This document shows, one piece after another, positions 28,280 to 37,688 of a stretch of DNA of 64,000 bases; position 1 is the stretch's first letter, and the number at the start of each line of letters is the position of its first letter. The stretch spans positions 146,392 to 210,391 of the forward strand of contig JAFTXZ010000003.1 of assembly GCA_017461385.1 (NCBI GenBank), in the 5' to 3' direction. The stretch comes from Clostridia bacterium (lineage in GTDB: Bacteria; Bacillota; Clostridia; Oscillospirales; CAG-272). The position numbers and the translations under genes are program-made. Below the pieces are notes generated by a model, which saw only the letters and a list, made by a program, of their open reading frames with translations, ran no database searches and had not been told where the DNA came from.

Positions 28280-29524
28280 ATGGCTAGCGAGCTTATAAAA
28301 AATTACGAAAAAATCCGTGATTATATGAGAGAATTTTACGTATACGGCTTTAAGTATCGTGAGGATTACAGCTCAAAGAGCGCTCGCTCCTATGATTACG
28401 AAAAGCACAGAATCGAAAGCTGGCTTGGAGACTATATGTCCTTTAACAGAACAGCTGATGGCAAAAACGTTTTTCTTTCTATTGATAGCCGTGATATTGT
28501 ATCAAACCCCCTGTTTCAATCCTTAAGGTCAAAAAGCTTCACGAGCAGAGATATCGCTCTGCACTTTTTAATTCTGGATTTACTACACTCCCCCCACGTC
28601 TCTCTTTCCCACAAGGAAATTTTGGAGGGAATCGATAAACAGCTTGCGGAAATGGGAAAAAGCATAACTGAGCTTTGCGATGAGTCCACCCTTAGAAAGA
28701 AGCTGAAGGATTATGAGGGTCAAGGTCTTCTTTGCTCCTTTAAGGAAGGTAAGACGGTAAAATACACTCGCCCCACAGAGCCGAGCCTTACCGAGCTTTA
28801 TCTCGCAATTGCATTTTTTGCCGAAACCTCTCCCTTAGGTGCACTAGGCTCTTTTATACTAAAGCGAGATGAAATGTCCCAGTTTCCTCTTTCCTTTAAG
28901 CATCACTACATTACCTCTGCCCTCGACAGTGATATTTTGTGCCAGGCACTTTTAGCCATAAGAGAAAGGCGAGAAATAGTGGTAAAAAGCAAAGCCAAGA
29001 GTGTCAAGGAGGGTCAAATAAGGGTTGTTCCCATAAAAATCTTTTCCAGCGCGCAAAATGGTAAGGTGCATCTTATGGCTTACGACCTGCGCCTGCAAAA
29101 AATGGTTCCTCTACGGGTTGATTACATAAAAAGCATTACTCTCGGTCAAAGCTACGAGGATTATGAATCTCTTTGTCAGCTATTTTCAAAAATGCGTAGC
29201 CACATTTGGGGCGTGTCTATGAAAAAGGATCTGGATGATACTGAATACGTGGAATTTACTGTGGAAATCAACAAGGGCGAGGAATATATATACAACCGAC
29301 TTATTCGCGAAAAGCGCTGTGGATTTGTGGAAATGATTGACGAAAATCACGCAAGATTTTATGCCTACATTTACGACAGTCAAGAAATTATACCTTGGGT
29401 GCGTACCTTTATCACAAGAATTACAAGCGTCAATTTTCAAAACAAGCACGTTTGTCAGCAGTTTTATAAGGATTTTGACTCTACCTACAAGCTTTATTTC
29501 AAAGACGAGGGGGAGAGTGTATGA
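28280..29524 (+). CDS. WYL-domain protein, first of a coupled pair (PafB/PafC-like architecture)
   Basis: IRVVPIKIFSSAQNGKVHLMAYDLRLQKMVPLRVDYIKSI has the WYL-domain pattern (beta-strands ending in an RxD-type motif). No confident N-terminal HTH seen. Confidence 0.45.
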   Translation: MASELIKNYEKIRDYMREFYVYGFKYREDYSSKSARSYDYEKHRIESWLGDYMSFNRTADGKNVFLSIDSRDIVSNPLFQSLRSKSFTSRDIALHFLILDLLHSPHVSLSHKEILEGIDKQLAEMGKSITELCDESTLRKKLKDYEGQGLLCSFKEGKTVKYTRPTEPSLTELYLAIAFFAETSPLGALGSFILKRDEMSQFPLSFKHHYITSALDSDILCQALLAIRERREIVVKSKAKSVKEGQIRVVPIKIFSSAQNGKVHLMAYDLRLQKMVPLRVDYIKSITLGQSYEDYESLCQLFSKMRSHIWGVSMKKDLDDTEYVEFTVEINKGEEYIYNRLIREKRCGFVEMIDENHARFYAYIYDSQEIIPWVRTFITRITSVNFQNKHVCQQFYKDFDSTYKLYFKDEGESV

Positions 29525-30444
29525 TTTTTAATGAAATTTACGGCGTATATTATGATACTGTTTCCAAAATCATAGCAAAAATTTTGGAAAAAGGCTCTCT
29601 TGAAAAGGGAGAGCTTTTAGAAATTGTAGAAAAATATGCCTTTTCCGATAGTTATATTGAAATTTCGCAAGCAATAAAGGATGAAAGGTGGCTCTTTCTT
29701 ACTAAGGACTTCAAAACTTGCCTTAAAAATCCACCTAAAACGCCCCTTACCACCTTGCAGTTAAGATGGCTTCGCTCCCTGCTTGAGGACAAAAGGTTTA
29801 AGCTTTTTGTAAAGGAAATTCCCTATCAGCTTTGGTGCTATGAGCCCTTATTTTTGCCTAGTGATATAGAATTTTACGACAAGTATGAGGATAGCGACCC
29901 TTATGAAAACGACTTCTATAAGGAAGTGTTTCATACTATTTTGGAGGCTATTGAGAGCCAAAGCGCCCTTGAGCTTTCCTTTATTACAAGGGCAGATAAA
30001 GCGAGACGCGTACAAGTTTTACCTAAGCGACTTGAGTATTCACAAAAGGACGACAAATTTCGCCTTATTGTGTCTGGCAACAAGGACATAGGAGTTATTA
30101 ATCTTTCGACTATCGTCTTTTGTAAGGCTGTACCTAAGCTTAATTGGCTAGCAGATAAGAGTCGCGTGTCAAGAACAAAGACCCTTACCCTTGAGCTAAC
30201 TGACAAAAGAAACACTCTCGAAAGGCTTATGCTACATTTTGCCCACTTCAAAAAGCAAGCAAGGAAAACCGACAAGGACAAATATACGGTGCAAATTGAG
30301 TATAGCGCCCAGGACGAAAGCGAGCTTTTAATTCGCGTGCTTTCCTTTGGCCCAACGGTGCGTGCCGTTGCCCCACAAGATTTTGTGGAGCTTATAAAAG
30401 CGCGACTTGAAAAGCAACAACTTCTCTTTTCCAGTAAAAAATAA
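29521..30444 (+). CDS. WYL-domain transcriptional-regulator-like protein, second of the pair: N-terminal wHTH-like, WYL, C-terminal WCX-like
   Basis: RVQVLPKRLEYSQKDDKFRLIVSGNKDIGVINLSTIV is WYL-like; C-terminal VRAVAPQDFVELIKARL is WCX-like. The start overlaps the upstream gene by 4 nt. Confidence 0.5.
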   Translation: MIFNEIYGVYYDTVSKIIAKILEKGSLEKGELLEIVEKYAFSDSYIEISQAIKDERWLFLTKDFKTCLKNPPKTPLTTLQLRWLRSLLEDKRFKLFVKEIPYQLWCYEPLFLPSDIEFYDKYEDSDPYENDFYKEVFHTILEAIESQSALELSFITRADKARRVQVLPKRLEYSQKDDKFRLIVSGNKDIGVINLSTIVFCKAVPKLNWLADKSRVSRTKTLTLELTDKRNTLERLMLHFAHFKKQARKTDKDKYTVQIEYSAQDESELLIRVLSFGPTVRAVAPQDFVELIKARLEKQQLLFSSKK

Positions 30445-30523
30445 TAAAAGGAACAGACGCTATGGAGCGTATTCTTAAGGACAGTTTTTGAAATGTAATA
30501 AAGTACGTTACCTACCGACAGGA

Positions 30524-30565
30524 AAAGGACGAAGAGTTGTAAAGCTCCTCGTCCTCTTTTCTTTG
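30524..30565 (+). terminator. Terminator after the WYL pair
   Basis: GGACGAAGAG...CTCCTCGTCC stem with one mismatch, then a T-rich tract. Confidence 0.5.
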
Positions 30566-30589
30566 CAAGCACTGCTTTTGTAGCCACAA

Positions 30590-30790
30590 ATGCAAATTTA
30601 GTGAAGTTTTCGCTTATGCGAAAGTGAAGTTGCTTTGCAGTGAAGTTCGTGCTATCGTACGAGTGAAGTTAAGTTTGCCCACCTTGCCGAAGGCAAAACT
30701 TCACGATCTGCAGGATCACTTCACTTACGAAGTAAACTTCACTTGCCCGCAAGGGCAAACTTAGTTGCGTAGTGTCCTTAAGGGCACTAC
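30590..30790. promoter_or_regulatory. Iteron-like array: 4 direct GTGAAGTT motifs, then 3 inverted AACTTCAC motifs, interleaved with at least 6 short perfect palindromes
   Basis: Read directly from the sequence. Palindromes are TTCGCTTATGCGAA, TCGTACGA, TTGCCGAAGGCAA, GATCTGCAGGATC, TTACGAAGTAA, TTGCCCGCAAGGGCAA and GCGTAGTG..CACTACGC. Confidence 0.6.
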
Positions 30791-31047
30791 GCATAGATGT
30801 CTGTTCTTTTTTTACTCAAAAAGCATAAAAAGATGCAAAAATCAAGAATTCGCAAGTTTTTTTCCGTGATTTGTTCCGTTTTATGCCATAAACTGATATT
30901 GTCAGCAGGACAGTACCAGTGATTTGTCGGTAAGTCAATTAAGACCTGGCGTCACGGAGATACACGAGTGTCCCATCGTTTTTTGCAATTTGCAAAAAGG
31001 GCTAATATTTCTCTTGTGTATATCAGCCTGCAAAAATGTGGTTCGAT

Positions 31048-31064
31048 TCCACGGAGTGTTGCTT
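31048..31064 (+). other. tRNA-like T-arm fragment (GTGG-TTCGATT-CCAC) with no complete tRNA around it
   Basis: GGTTCGATTCC matches the T-loop consensus GGTTCGAATCC with a 4-bp stem. No acceptor or anticodon arms could be built. Confidence 0.35.
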
Positions 31065-31453
31065 TTACACTTGTTGGTTACAATTTTTTTGCCAGAAGAA
31101 TAAAATCTTCCCAAAAATAACTAAGGAGTTATAAAAAACATAAACACACTCTTGAACCCCGTCTCCATGCCTTTCCCTAAGGGCAAGCCTGCCTATAATA
31201 AATAGGTAGGCCTTAAGAGTGCCATTGCCACACGCCGTGGCAATGGCTAACGCCTAATGGTAAAGGATATACAAGCGAGCCTTGTTGTTTTAAGGATATC
31301 GTAAAGGGCGTTTTGGCGCCAAGCTATAAAGCCCCGCTCCTTCTCCCCCTTTACTAAATTGAAATACCGCCGTTTGTATAAGAGGCGAGTTCATTCGCAT
31401 TCACCACGGCTTAGCCGCTTAATATAAGACTAAATACTAAAGGAGAAAACAGA

Positions 31454-32548
31454 ATGAAAAAGTATCTAATTAATGAAAATCAAAGAGGCTTACTTTTCAA
31501 AAAGGGTAAGCTTGAAGGGCTACTTTCCGCAGGTACATATAGATTTTTTGGACAAAGAGAGGTTGAAATAGTGTCTATTGATGCACCAATTGTCTCAAGC
31601 AGATGCTCACTTGATGCCTTGCTTGCCAACGAGAAAATCAAAAGCGCCTTAAACGTTTATGATATTCCTGCAGGAGAGTACGCAATGCGTATTGTAAATG
31701 GCATTTCTACTTCCTTTTTAAGGGAGGGTAGATATGCTTATCTTAAAACTCAAGGGTGTGAGGAGCTTTATCGCTTCGACACCTCCAGCCCAATAATTGA
31801 GAATGTTCCCTCTCAAATTATGGCGAAAATTCCTGCCCTTTACTATCAAAGGGTATCAGTTGCTTCCTACGAAAAGGCTCTGTTGTACCTTGACAACAAG
31901 CTTGACAGAGTGCTTGAGAGTGGAGTTTACTACTTCTGGAAGGGCTTCACTGACGTAAAGGTAATCCCTGTTGACACAAGACTCCAGCGAATGGACGTAG
32001 CGTGTCAGGAAATTCTTACTCAGGATAAGGTCAATGTTCGTATTAACTTCGTTTGCAATTATCGTGTTACAGATGCTGTAAGGGCTGTTACACAGCTTAA
32101 CTCTTACGAGGAGCAAATCAGACTCTATGCACAGCTTGCTATGCGCGATTACGTAAGCAAGGCAAGGCTTGATGAAATCCTTGAGAACAAGGACGCAATT
32201 TCTAAATACGTCTTTGAACAGCTTGTAAGTAAGGAGTCCGAGCTTAGCGTTAGCTTCTCTAACGCAGGCGTTAAGGATATCATTCTTCCAGGCGAGATAC
32301 GAGCTATAATGAACACCGTTCTTATGGCTGAAAAGAAGGCTCAGGCTAGCGTTATCGCTAGGCGCGAGGAGGTTGCTTCAACCCGTTCGCTTCTTAACAC
32401 TGCCAAGCTTATGGATGAAAATGCAACCCTTTACAAGCTTAAGGAGCTTGAGTACCTTGAGCGCATTTGCGAAAAGGTTGACACTCTTAACCTAAGCGGT
32501 GGCTCTAATGCAATCACAGAGCTTGCTTCAATTCTTAGAAGCAAATAA
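31454..32548 (+). CDS. SPFH/band-7 (stomatin/prohibitin-like, slipin-type) domain protein
   Basis: NENQRGLLFKKGKLEGLLSAGTYRFFGQREVEIVS and the C-terminal coiled region match the SPFH pattern. RBS AAAGGAG. Confidence 0.6.
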   Translation: MKKYLINENQRGLLFKKGKLEGLLSAGTYRFFGQREVEIVSIDAPIVSSRCSLDALLANEKIKSALNVYDIPAGEYAMRIVNGISTSFLREGRYAYLKTQGCEELYRFDTSSPIIENVPSQIMAKIPALYYQRVSVASYEKALLYLDNKLDRVLESGVYYFWKGFTDVKVIPVDTRLQRMDVACQEILTQDKVNVRINFVCNYRVTDAVRAVTQLNSYEEQIRLYAQLAMRDYVSKARLDEILENKDAISKYVFEQLVSKESELSVSFSNAGVKDIILPGEIRAIMNTVLMAEKKAQASVIARREEVASTRSLLNTAKLMDENATLYKLKELEYLERICEKVDTLNLSGGSNAITELASILRSK

Positions 32549-32659
32549 TTCAAAGAAGCTATTCAAGCTTGCTCCCATCTCTTATAAATTGACAAAGCTG
32601 ATAAAAAATATTATAATTGAATAAGATACATACTTTTAATACACAAGGAGGTTTAAGTT

Positions 32660-33871
32660 ATGGTAGAGGTTTATGGTAAATATAACGTAGCAAAGTGCTA
32701 CACTGATATTTTAGCAGAGGACGCTTATGGTCAAATATTAAACGCCTGCAATAACGAGGCGTTTAAGGATTGTAAAATCAGAATTATGCCTGACGTTCAC
32801 TCAGGCAAGGGCTGTACCATTGGTACAACTATGACTATTATAGATAAGGTTCCACCCTCAATGGTTGGCATTGATATTGGCTGTGGTATGGAAACCGTTT
32901 GCATAGGCGATGGCGAGGTTGATTTCAAGAAGCTTGACGATTGCATCAGAAAAAACATTCCATCAGGCAACTCAAACAGAAAGACCTATCACAAATACGC
33001 TGAAAAAATCGACCTTAAGAAGCTTTACTGCTATGACAAAATTGAGGCTGAAAAGGCACTTTTCGGCTTAGGCACACTCGGTGGTGGTAATCACTTTATT
33101 GAGATTGACAAGGACGAGGACGGGCTCAAGTATTTAGTCGTTCACTCTGGTAGCAGACGTTTAGGCAAGGAGGTGGCTGAATTTTACATAAAGGAAGCCT
33201 ACGAAATGCAACGCACATTCCCAGAGTCCTTACGCGACAAGGTAACAAAGGAGCTTTTAGCTCAAGGCAAGAAGCAGGGCGAAATTGCTGAAATAATTGA
33301 CAAAATGAAAAAGGACTACGCCCAAATACCTGTTCTGAGAGATACTGCGTGCCTTGAGGGCAAGCTATTCAATGACTATATTCACGATATGAAAATAGTT
33401 CAAGAGTTCGCTACCCTTAACAGACAGGCAATTGCTGATACGATTATTTCCTGCCTGGGTCTTGCTCAAAGAGAGCGCTTCACCACTATTCACAACTATA
33501 TCGACACAGAGTCAATGATTTTGAGAAAGGGCTCCGTTTCTGCCAAAAAGGGTGAAAAGCTTTTGATTCCTATCAACATGCGTGACGGCGCGCTTATCTG
33601 TATCGGTAAGGGCAACGAGGATTGGAACTGCTCTGCTCCTCACGGCGCAGGCAGACTTCTAAAGAGAAGCACTGCAAAGGAAACCTTGTCTCTTGAGGAA
33701 TATCAAAAGCAAATGGAGGGCATCTATACAACCTGTGTATCTCAGGGCACTCTTGATGAGTCCCCTATGGCGTACAAGGATATGGACGCAATCGTTTCTC
33801 AAATCACTCCTACTGCCGAGATTGTAAAGGTGATTAAGCCTATATATAATTTCAAAGCATCAGGCAAGTAA
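32660..33871 (+). CDS. rtcB: RtcB-family RNA 3'-phosphate ligase
   Basis: MPDVHSGKGCTIG, DIGCGM, GGGNHFIEI, IHNYID and APHGAGR motifs in the canonical order. RBS AGGAGG. Confidence 0.85.
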   Translation: MVEVYGKYNVAKCYTDILAEDAYGQILNACNNEAFKDCKIRIMPDVHSGKGCTIGTTMTIIDKVPPSMVGIDIGCGMETVCIGDGEVDFKKLDDCIRKNIPSGNSNRKTYHKYAEKIDLKKLYCYDKIEAEKALFGLGTLGGGNHFIEIDKDEDGLKYLVVHSGSRRLGKEVAEFYIKEAYEMQRTFPESLRDKVTKELLAQGKKQGEIAEIIDKMKKDYAQIPVLRDTACLEGKLFNDYIHDMKIVQEFATLNRQAIADTIISCLGLAQRERFTTIHNYIDTESMILRKGSVSAKKGEKLLIPINMRDGALICIGKGNEDWNCSAPHGAGRLLKRSTAKETLSLEEYQKQMEGIYTTCVSQGTLDESPMAYKDMDAIVSQITPTAEIVKVIKPIYNFKASGK

Positions 33872-33982
33872 GGCGCGCCAAATCCGACTTCGTCGGGCTG
33901 TGGTTAGCTTCATCTGAGTGTTAAACGAAGATTTCGTTCAAGCTTGCTTGGTTTCATTTCTTTATAACTGCATAAGTTAGAA

Positions 33983-34022
33983 AAAGATAGTATTTCTACT
34001 GGTAGAAATACTATCTTTTCTA
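33983..34022 (+). terminator. Strong terminator after rtcB
   Basis: Perfect 17-bp stem AAAGATAGTATTTCTAC/GTAGAAATACTATCTTT with a TGG loop, then TTTTCTATT. Confidence 0.8.
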
Positions 34023-34083
34023 TTGCAAACCCTTCGCCTCTATGCTAAAATTATGCTATAAAAGCATTGTGCGAGGTACTAAT

Positions 34084-35757
34084 ATGTTAGATTTTGCAAA
34101 AGACAAGAAATTTTGGGAAAACGTGCGTCTTTCTGATGACTACGCCCAACACAGACAGGAAATTTTAGACTTATATAAGGAGGCATTCAAAACCGAGCCT
34201 CGTCCTCATTCTGCAAGGGAAATTTTGGAAAATAACGACCACGGCCTTTGGAGATTGCAATTCGACCAGCTACAAACAGCCTCAATGCTTTCTCTGATTT
34301 ACCCAGATAACGAGGAGTATTATAGCAATCTATTAAAAATAGTTTGGGCATATCTTGGCGAATACACCTGGGCTCCCTTAGGACACTATAATAGCTACTA
34401 TAATAGAACCCCTAAGGATTACGACATAGGTCTTATAGATATTTTTGCATCTAGCACTGCCCTTGCTCTTGCTGAAATTAAAAATCTTTTTGCTGATCGC
34501 TTTCCTCAGCTACTAAAGGACAGAATCAGTGCAGAGCTAAGGCGCAGAACAATTGAGCCATTCCTTACAAGGACGTATTTCTGGGAAAAGCACCCTAACA
34601 ACTGGGCAGCAGTTTGCGCAGGAGGTGTAGGTGGTGTTTTAATGTACGAATGCCCCGAGATCTTTTTACAGCAAAGAGAGCGTCTTGACTCCGTTATGCA
34701 GGTTTACCTGGATTCCTATCAAGACGACGGCGTTTGCGTTGAGGGTACAGGCTACTGGTCCTTTGGCTTTGGCTTCTTTGTAACCTACGCTCTTTTAGAA
34801 AAGGAGCTAACCGGTGGCAAGGTTGACTGGTTTCCTTTACCTAAGGTAAAGGAAATTGCAACCTTTATGCAAAAAATGTTTTTACAACGTGACGTTATCG
34901 TTTCCTTTAGTGACTGCGCAGGTGTACAAAACTATTCCGTATGGCTTCCACACGTTTTAAGGACAATTTACGGTGAAGCCGTTGAAAGACTACCAATCAA
35001 GCTTGCAATTATGGCAAAGGACAATACACACCACAATTTTCTCCTTCGTTGTATCCTTTATTTCCGTCCCGAATACGTAACTAACGAAATTGAGGAAAGC
35101 GCCACATATCACATGAAGGACTCTGCTTATTTTGTTAAGCGCACGCCACACTACGGCTTTGCAACCAAGGGTGGTAATAATGGAGAAAGCCATAACCACA
35201 ACGACGTTGGCTCCTTCATTTTTGCAAGAAACAATCACCAAATCCTTTGCGACCTTGGCGCAGGTCCATACAAAACTGGCTACCACGAAAACGCAAGATA
35301 TACCTTCTTTAACCCCTCTGCCTTTTCTCATAATATTCCATTCTTTGACGGTGTTGGTCAGGACGGTGTCCGTCGCGATAACGTTTATCTGAACGTAAAC
35401 GAGGATAACTCGGTTGTATCAATGGACTTTACAAACGGATATGGTCAAGATTACCTAAAAAAAGCCGAGCGTACCTTTACACTAAGTGATGATAAAATAG
35501 CGCTTTGCGACAAATTTATCCTAACTAAGGAAAGCGTAATAACAGAACGCTTCGTTTCCGTAATCGAGCCAAAAATTGTTGGCAACAAGGTAATTATTGA
35601 GGACACAACTCTTGAATGTAAAGAGGGTATAATACCAAATATTTCTATCCACGAGGCAGAAACCCACATAGGCGAGGTAAAGTTTAACGCATACCTAATC
35701 GACTACGTTTTACCCACAGGAGTGTGTGAATTTAACCTTTCAATTAGTACAAAATGA
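34084..35757 (+). CDS. Heparinase II/III-like protein, cytoplasmic
   Basis: Alginate-lyase-like N-terminus and HNHNDVGSF...HNIPFFDGVGQ matching the Hepar_II_III C-terminal pattern. RBS GAGGT precedes the ATG at 34084. Confidence 0.6.
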   Translation: MLDFAKDKKFWENVRLSDDYAQHRQEILDLYKEAFKTEPRPHSAREILENNDHGLWRLQFDQLQTASMLSLIYPDNEEYYSNLLKIVWAYLGEYTWAPLGHYNSYYNRTPKDYDIGLIDIFASSTALALAEIKNLFADRFPQLLKDRISAELRRRTIEPFLTRTYFWEKHPNNWAAVCAGGVGGVLMYECPEIFLQQRERLDSVMQVYLDSYQDDGVCVEGTGYWSFGFGFFVTYALLEKELTGGKVDWFPLPKVKEIATFMQKMFLQRDVIVSFSDCAGVQNYSVWLPHVLRTIYGEAVERLPIKLAIMAKDNTHHNFLLRCILYFRPEYVTNEIEESATYHMKDSAYFVKRTPHYGFATKGGNNGESHNHNDVGSFIFARNNHQILCDLGAGPYKTGYHENARYTFFNPSAFSHNIPFFDGVGQDGVRRDNVYLNVNEDNSVVSMDFTNGYGQDYLKKAERTFTLSDDKIALCDKFILTKESVITERFVSVIEPKIVGNKVIIEDTTLECKEGIIPNISIHEAETHIGEVKFNAYLIDYVLPTGVCEFNLSISTK

Positions 35758-35848
35758 AAAATATGGTCGATTTTCGACCATATTTTTTTCAGATACTGTA
35801 ACTAGCCTTTTATATTTCCCGTCATTATTTATGAAAGGAGTGATTCCT

Positions 35849-36958
35849 ATGAAAAGGCTAAGTATAATTCTTTTGTTGCTATTTGCACTTGCCTTGGGTA
35901 GCTGTGGCACACCACCTCCACAAAGCGAAACGGGCAATGAGGACACAACGCCAAATACGACCATCACAGACACGTCAACCGACACAGGCATAACAACTAA
36001 TAGCCAAGTGGTCGATACCTCTACACAAGGTGGCTTAATAGATGACCCCTCCCCTGAATTGCCAAGCGACCCACAGCCTGATACAATTGACCCTGTGCTT
36101 ATAAAGCTAGACAAAGTCCTAGCCGATGCAATTAGTGGCTACGAGAGTCTTACCACACTTCACGACATAATTATTATAAAGGAGGATGGCTCCCTTATCC
36201 TTGGTGCAATGCTTTATAAATCAGCAAAGAACACAACCTATACCTCTGAGTTAGTAAATAGCCTTGACGGCGACTTTAATGGTAGCATAACAAGGAAGGA
36301 AATCCGTACACTTGATGACGATTTTCTTGGAATTGACACAATCTATGGCAAGTCCTACTACCTACCAGAGGGCGACGGCTGGCGCCGTTATGACGGCTCT
36401 TATCTTGAGGAATCAATCTTTTCCTTTATCGCCCTGGGCAATCTCAGATTAAGCATAAGAGACTTCACCTACGATAAGGAAACAGACCTGTATAAATCAA
36501 CCTCTATTAAGGGTTATTCAAGCATTTCCAATTTAGAAATTAAGCTAAATGACACACATATAAGCCATATCAGCTATGAATGTGGTGGTACCTATCCGGG
36601 TGCAAAAAAGGAATACCACACCCTTACTCTTTATGATATAAACGAAACAAAAATTTCAGGTCCTACTTCTGAGCTTGTAGAGGACTATACCGAGCCACTT
36701 TACTACTTCGAGGAGGAGGAATTAGCCACGATAAGCAGGCAAACTGCTTGCTTCCTTGCAGAATATCACTACAGAAATTATCTTGACAAATCCCCCGAGG
36801 ACATTTTGTCCTTGCACGCAACTTGTCTTAGTGCAGGTGAATACTACACCATTTATTTAAGTGGCGCAAAGGATACCCCAGGCCCCCAGGACAATGCCGA
36901 GGAAATTAACCTGACCTATAAAATCACCCCCGAGGGTGAAATCCTGCTTCTCAGGTAA
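35849..36958 (+). CDS. Lipoprotein of unknown function
   Basis: MKRLSIILLLLFALALGSCG is a signal peptide with a lipobox Cys. RBS AGGAG is 9 nt upstream. Confidence 0.7.
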   Translation: MKRLSIILLLLFALALGSCGTPPPQSETGNEDTTPNTTITDTSTDTGITTNSQVVDTSTQGGLIDDPSPELPSDPQPDTIDPVLIKLDKVLADAISGYESLTTLHDIIIIKEDGSLILGAMLYKSAKNTTYTSELVNSLDGDFNGSITRKEIRTLDDDFLGIDTIYGKSYYLPEGDGWRRYDGSYLEESIFSFIALGNLRLSIRDFTYDKETDLYKSTSIKGYSSISNLEIKLNDTHISHISYECGGTYPGAKKEYHTLTLYDINETKISGPTSELVEDYTEPLYYFEEEELATISRQTACFLAEYHYRNYLDKSPEDILSLHATCLSAGEYYTIYLSGAKDTPGPQDNAEEINLTYKITPEGEILLLR

Positions 36959-36992
36959 AAAAGGATAACGAAAATTTCGTTATCCTTTTTTG
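36956..36992. terminator. Bidirectional terminator
   Basis: AAAAGGATAACGAAA-ATT-TTCGTTATCCTTTT. Confidence 0.8.
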
Positions 36993-37000
36993 CTATATAT

Positions 37001-37597
37001 CTAATTTTTAAGCATATTATATTCTCTTTCTCTGTCCTTTTCCGTTACCTCTCTGTGCACACGGCAGGGATTGCCGAAGGCGACAACCCCCGAGGGGATA
37101 TCCTTAGTTACAACACTACCTGCGCCGATAATTGTATTATCGCCAATAGTAACACCGGGGCAAACGATTACCCCTGCGCCCAGCCAACAATTTTTGCCAA
37201 TATGTACGGGCAAGTTATATTGATACGCCTCTTGGCGAAGTGTGGGGTCAATGGGATGAGATGCAGTTGCAATAACACAGTTAGGGCCAAAAAGCGTATA
37301 GTCTCCTACGTAAATGTGAGTGTCGTCAACTAATGTAAGATTATAATTTGCATACACTCCCTTGCCAAAATGAACGTGATGCCCACCCCAATTTGCGTGA
37401 AGCGGTGGCTCAATGTAACAGCCCTCTCCTATTTCTGCAAACATTTTCTTTAGCAGTTCTTCTCTTTTGTCAAGCTCGGTAGGTCTTGTCATATTAAAGT
37501 CGTATTGCATATTCACGTAAGAAAGCTGTTCCTTCATTATATCATCTCCACTTGGATAATAAAGCTCACCCGAGTGTATCTTTTCTCTATCGGTCAT
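37001..37597 (-). CDS. Hexapeptide-repeat sugar O-acetyltransferase (maltose/galactoside acetyltransferase-like)
   Basis: Left-handed beta-helix repeats GKNCWLGAGVIVCPGVTIGDNTIIGAGSVV with a Maa-like N-terminus. Confidence 0.8.
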   Translation of the reverse strand: MTDREKIHSGELYYPSGDDIMKEQLSYVNMQYDFNMTRPTELDKREELLKKMFAEIGEGCYIEPPLHANWGGHHVHFGKGVYANYNLTLVDDTHIYVGDYTLFGPNCVIATASHPIDPTLRQEAYQYNLPVHIGKNCWLGAGVIVCPGVTIGDNTIIGAGSVVTKDIPSGVVAFGNPCRVHREVTEKDREREYNMLKN

Positions 37598-37659
37598 TTT
37601 AGGTATCTCCTTTATTGTTGCTATTTACATTTTATCATAAATCATAATAAAATCAATAC

Positions 37660-37688
37660 CTAAAAAAGAGCCTTTCGGCTCTTTTTTA
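37660..37688. terminator. Bidirectional terminator after the rubredoxin gene
   Basis: AGAGCC-TTTC-GGCTCT flanked by A and T runs. Confidence 0.7.

Noticed and set aside
29931-30587. 218-aa minus-strand ORF
   Set aside because: Antisense to the second WYL gene and extending into the terminator region. No RBS. It is spurious.
31048-31064. A complete tRNA gene at the T-arm-like fragment
   Set aside because: No acceptor stem, D-arm or anticodon arm can be folded from the flanking sequence. It is retained only as a tRNA-like fragment.
31140-31440. Known riboswitch upstream of SPFH-rtcB
   Set aside because: Checked by eye against the conserved cores of SAM, TPP, FMN, glycine, purine, lysine, cobalamin, ZTP, c-di-GMP and T-box elements. 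None matched. It is left as an unclassified structured leader.
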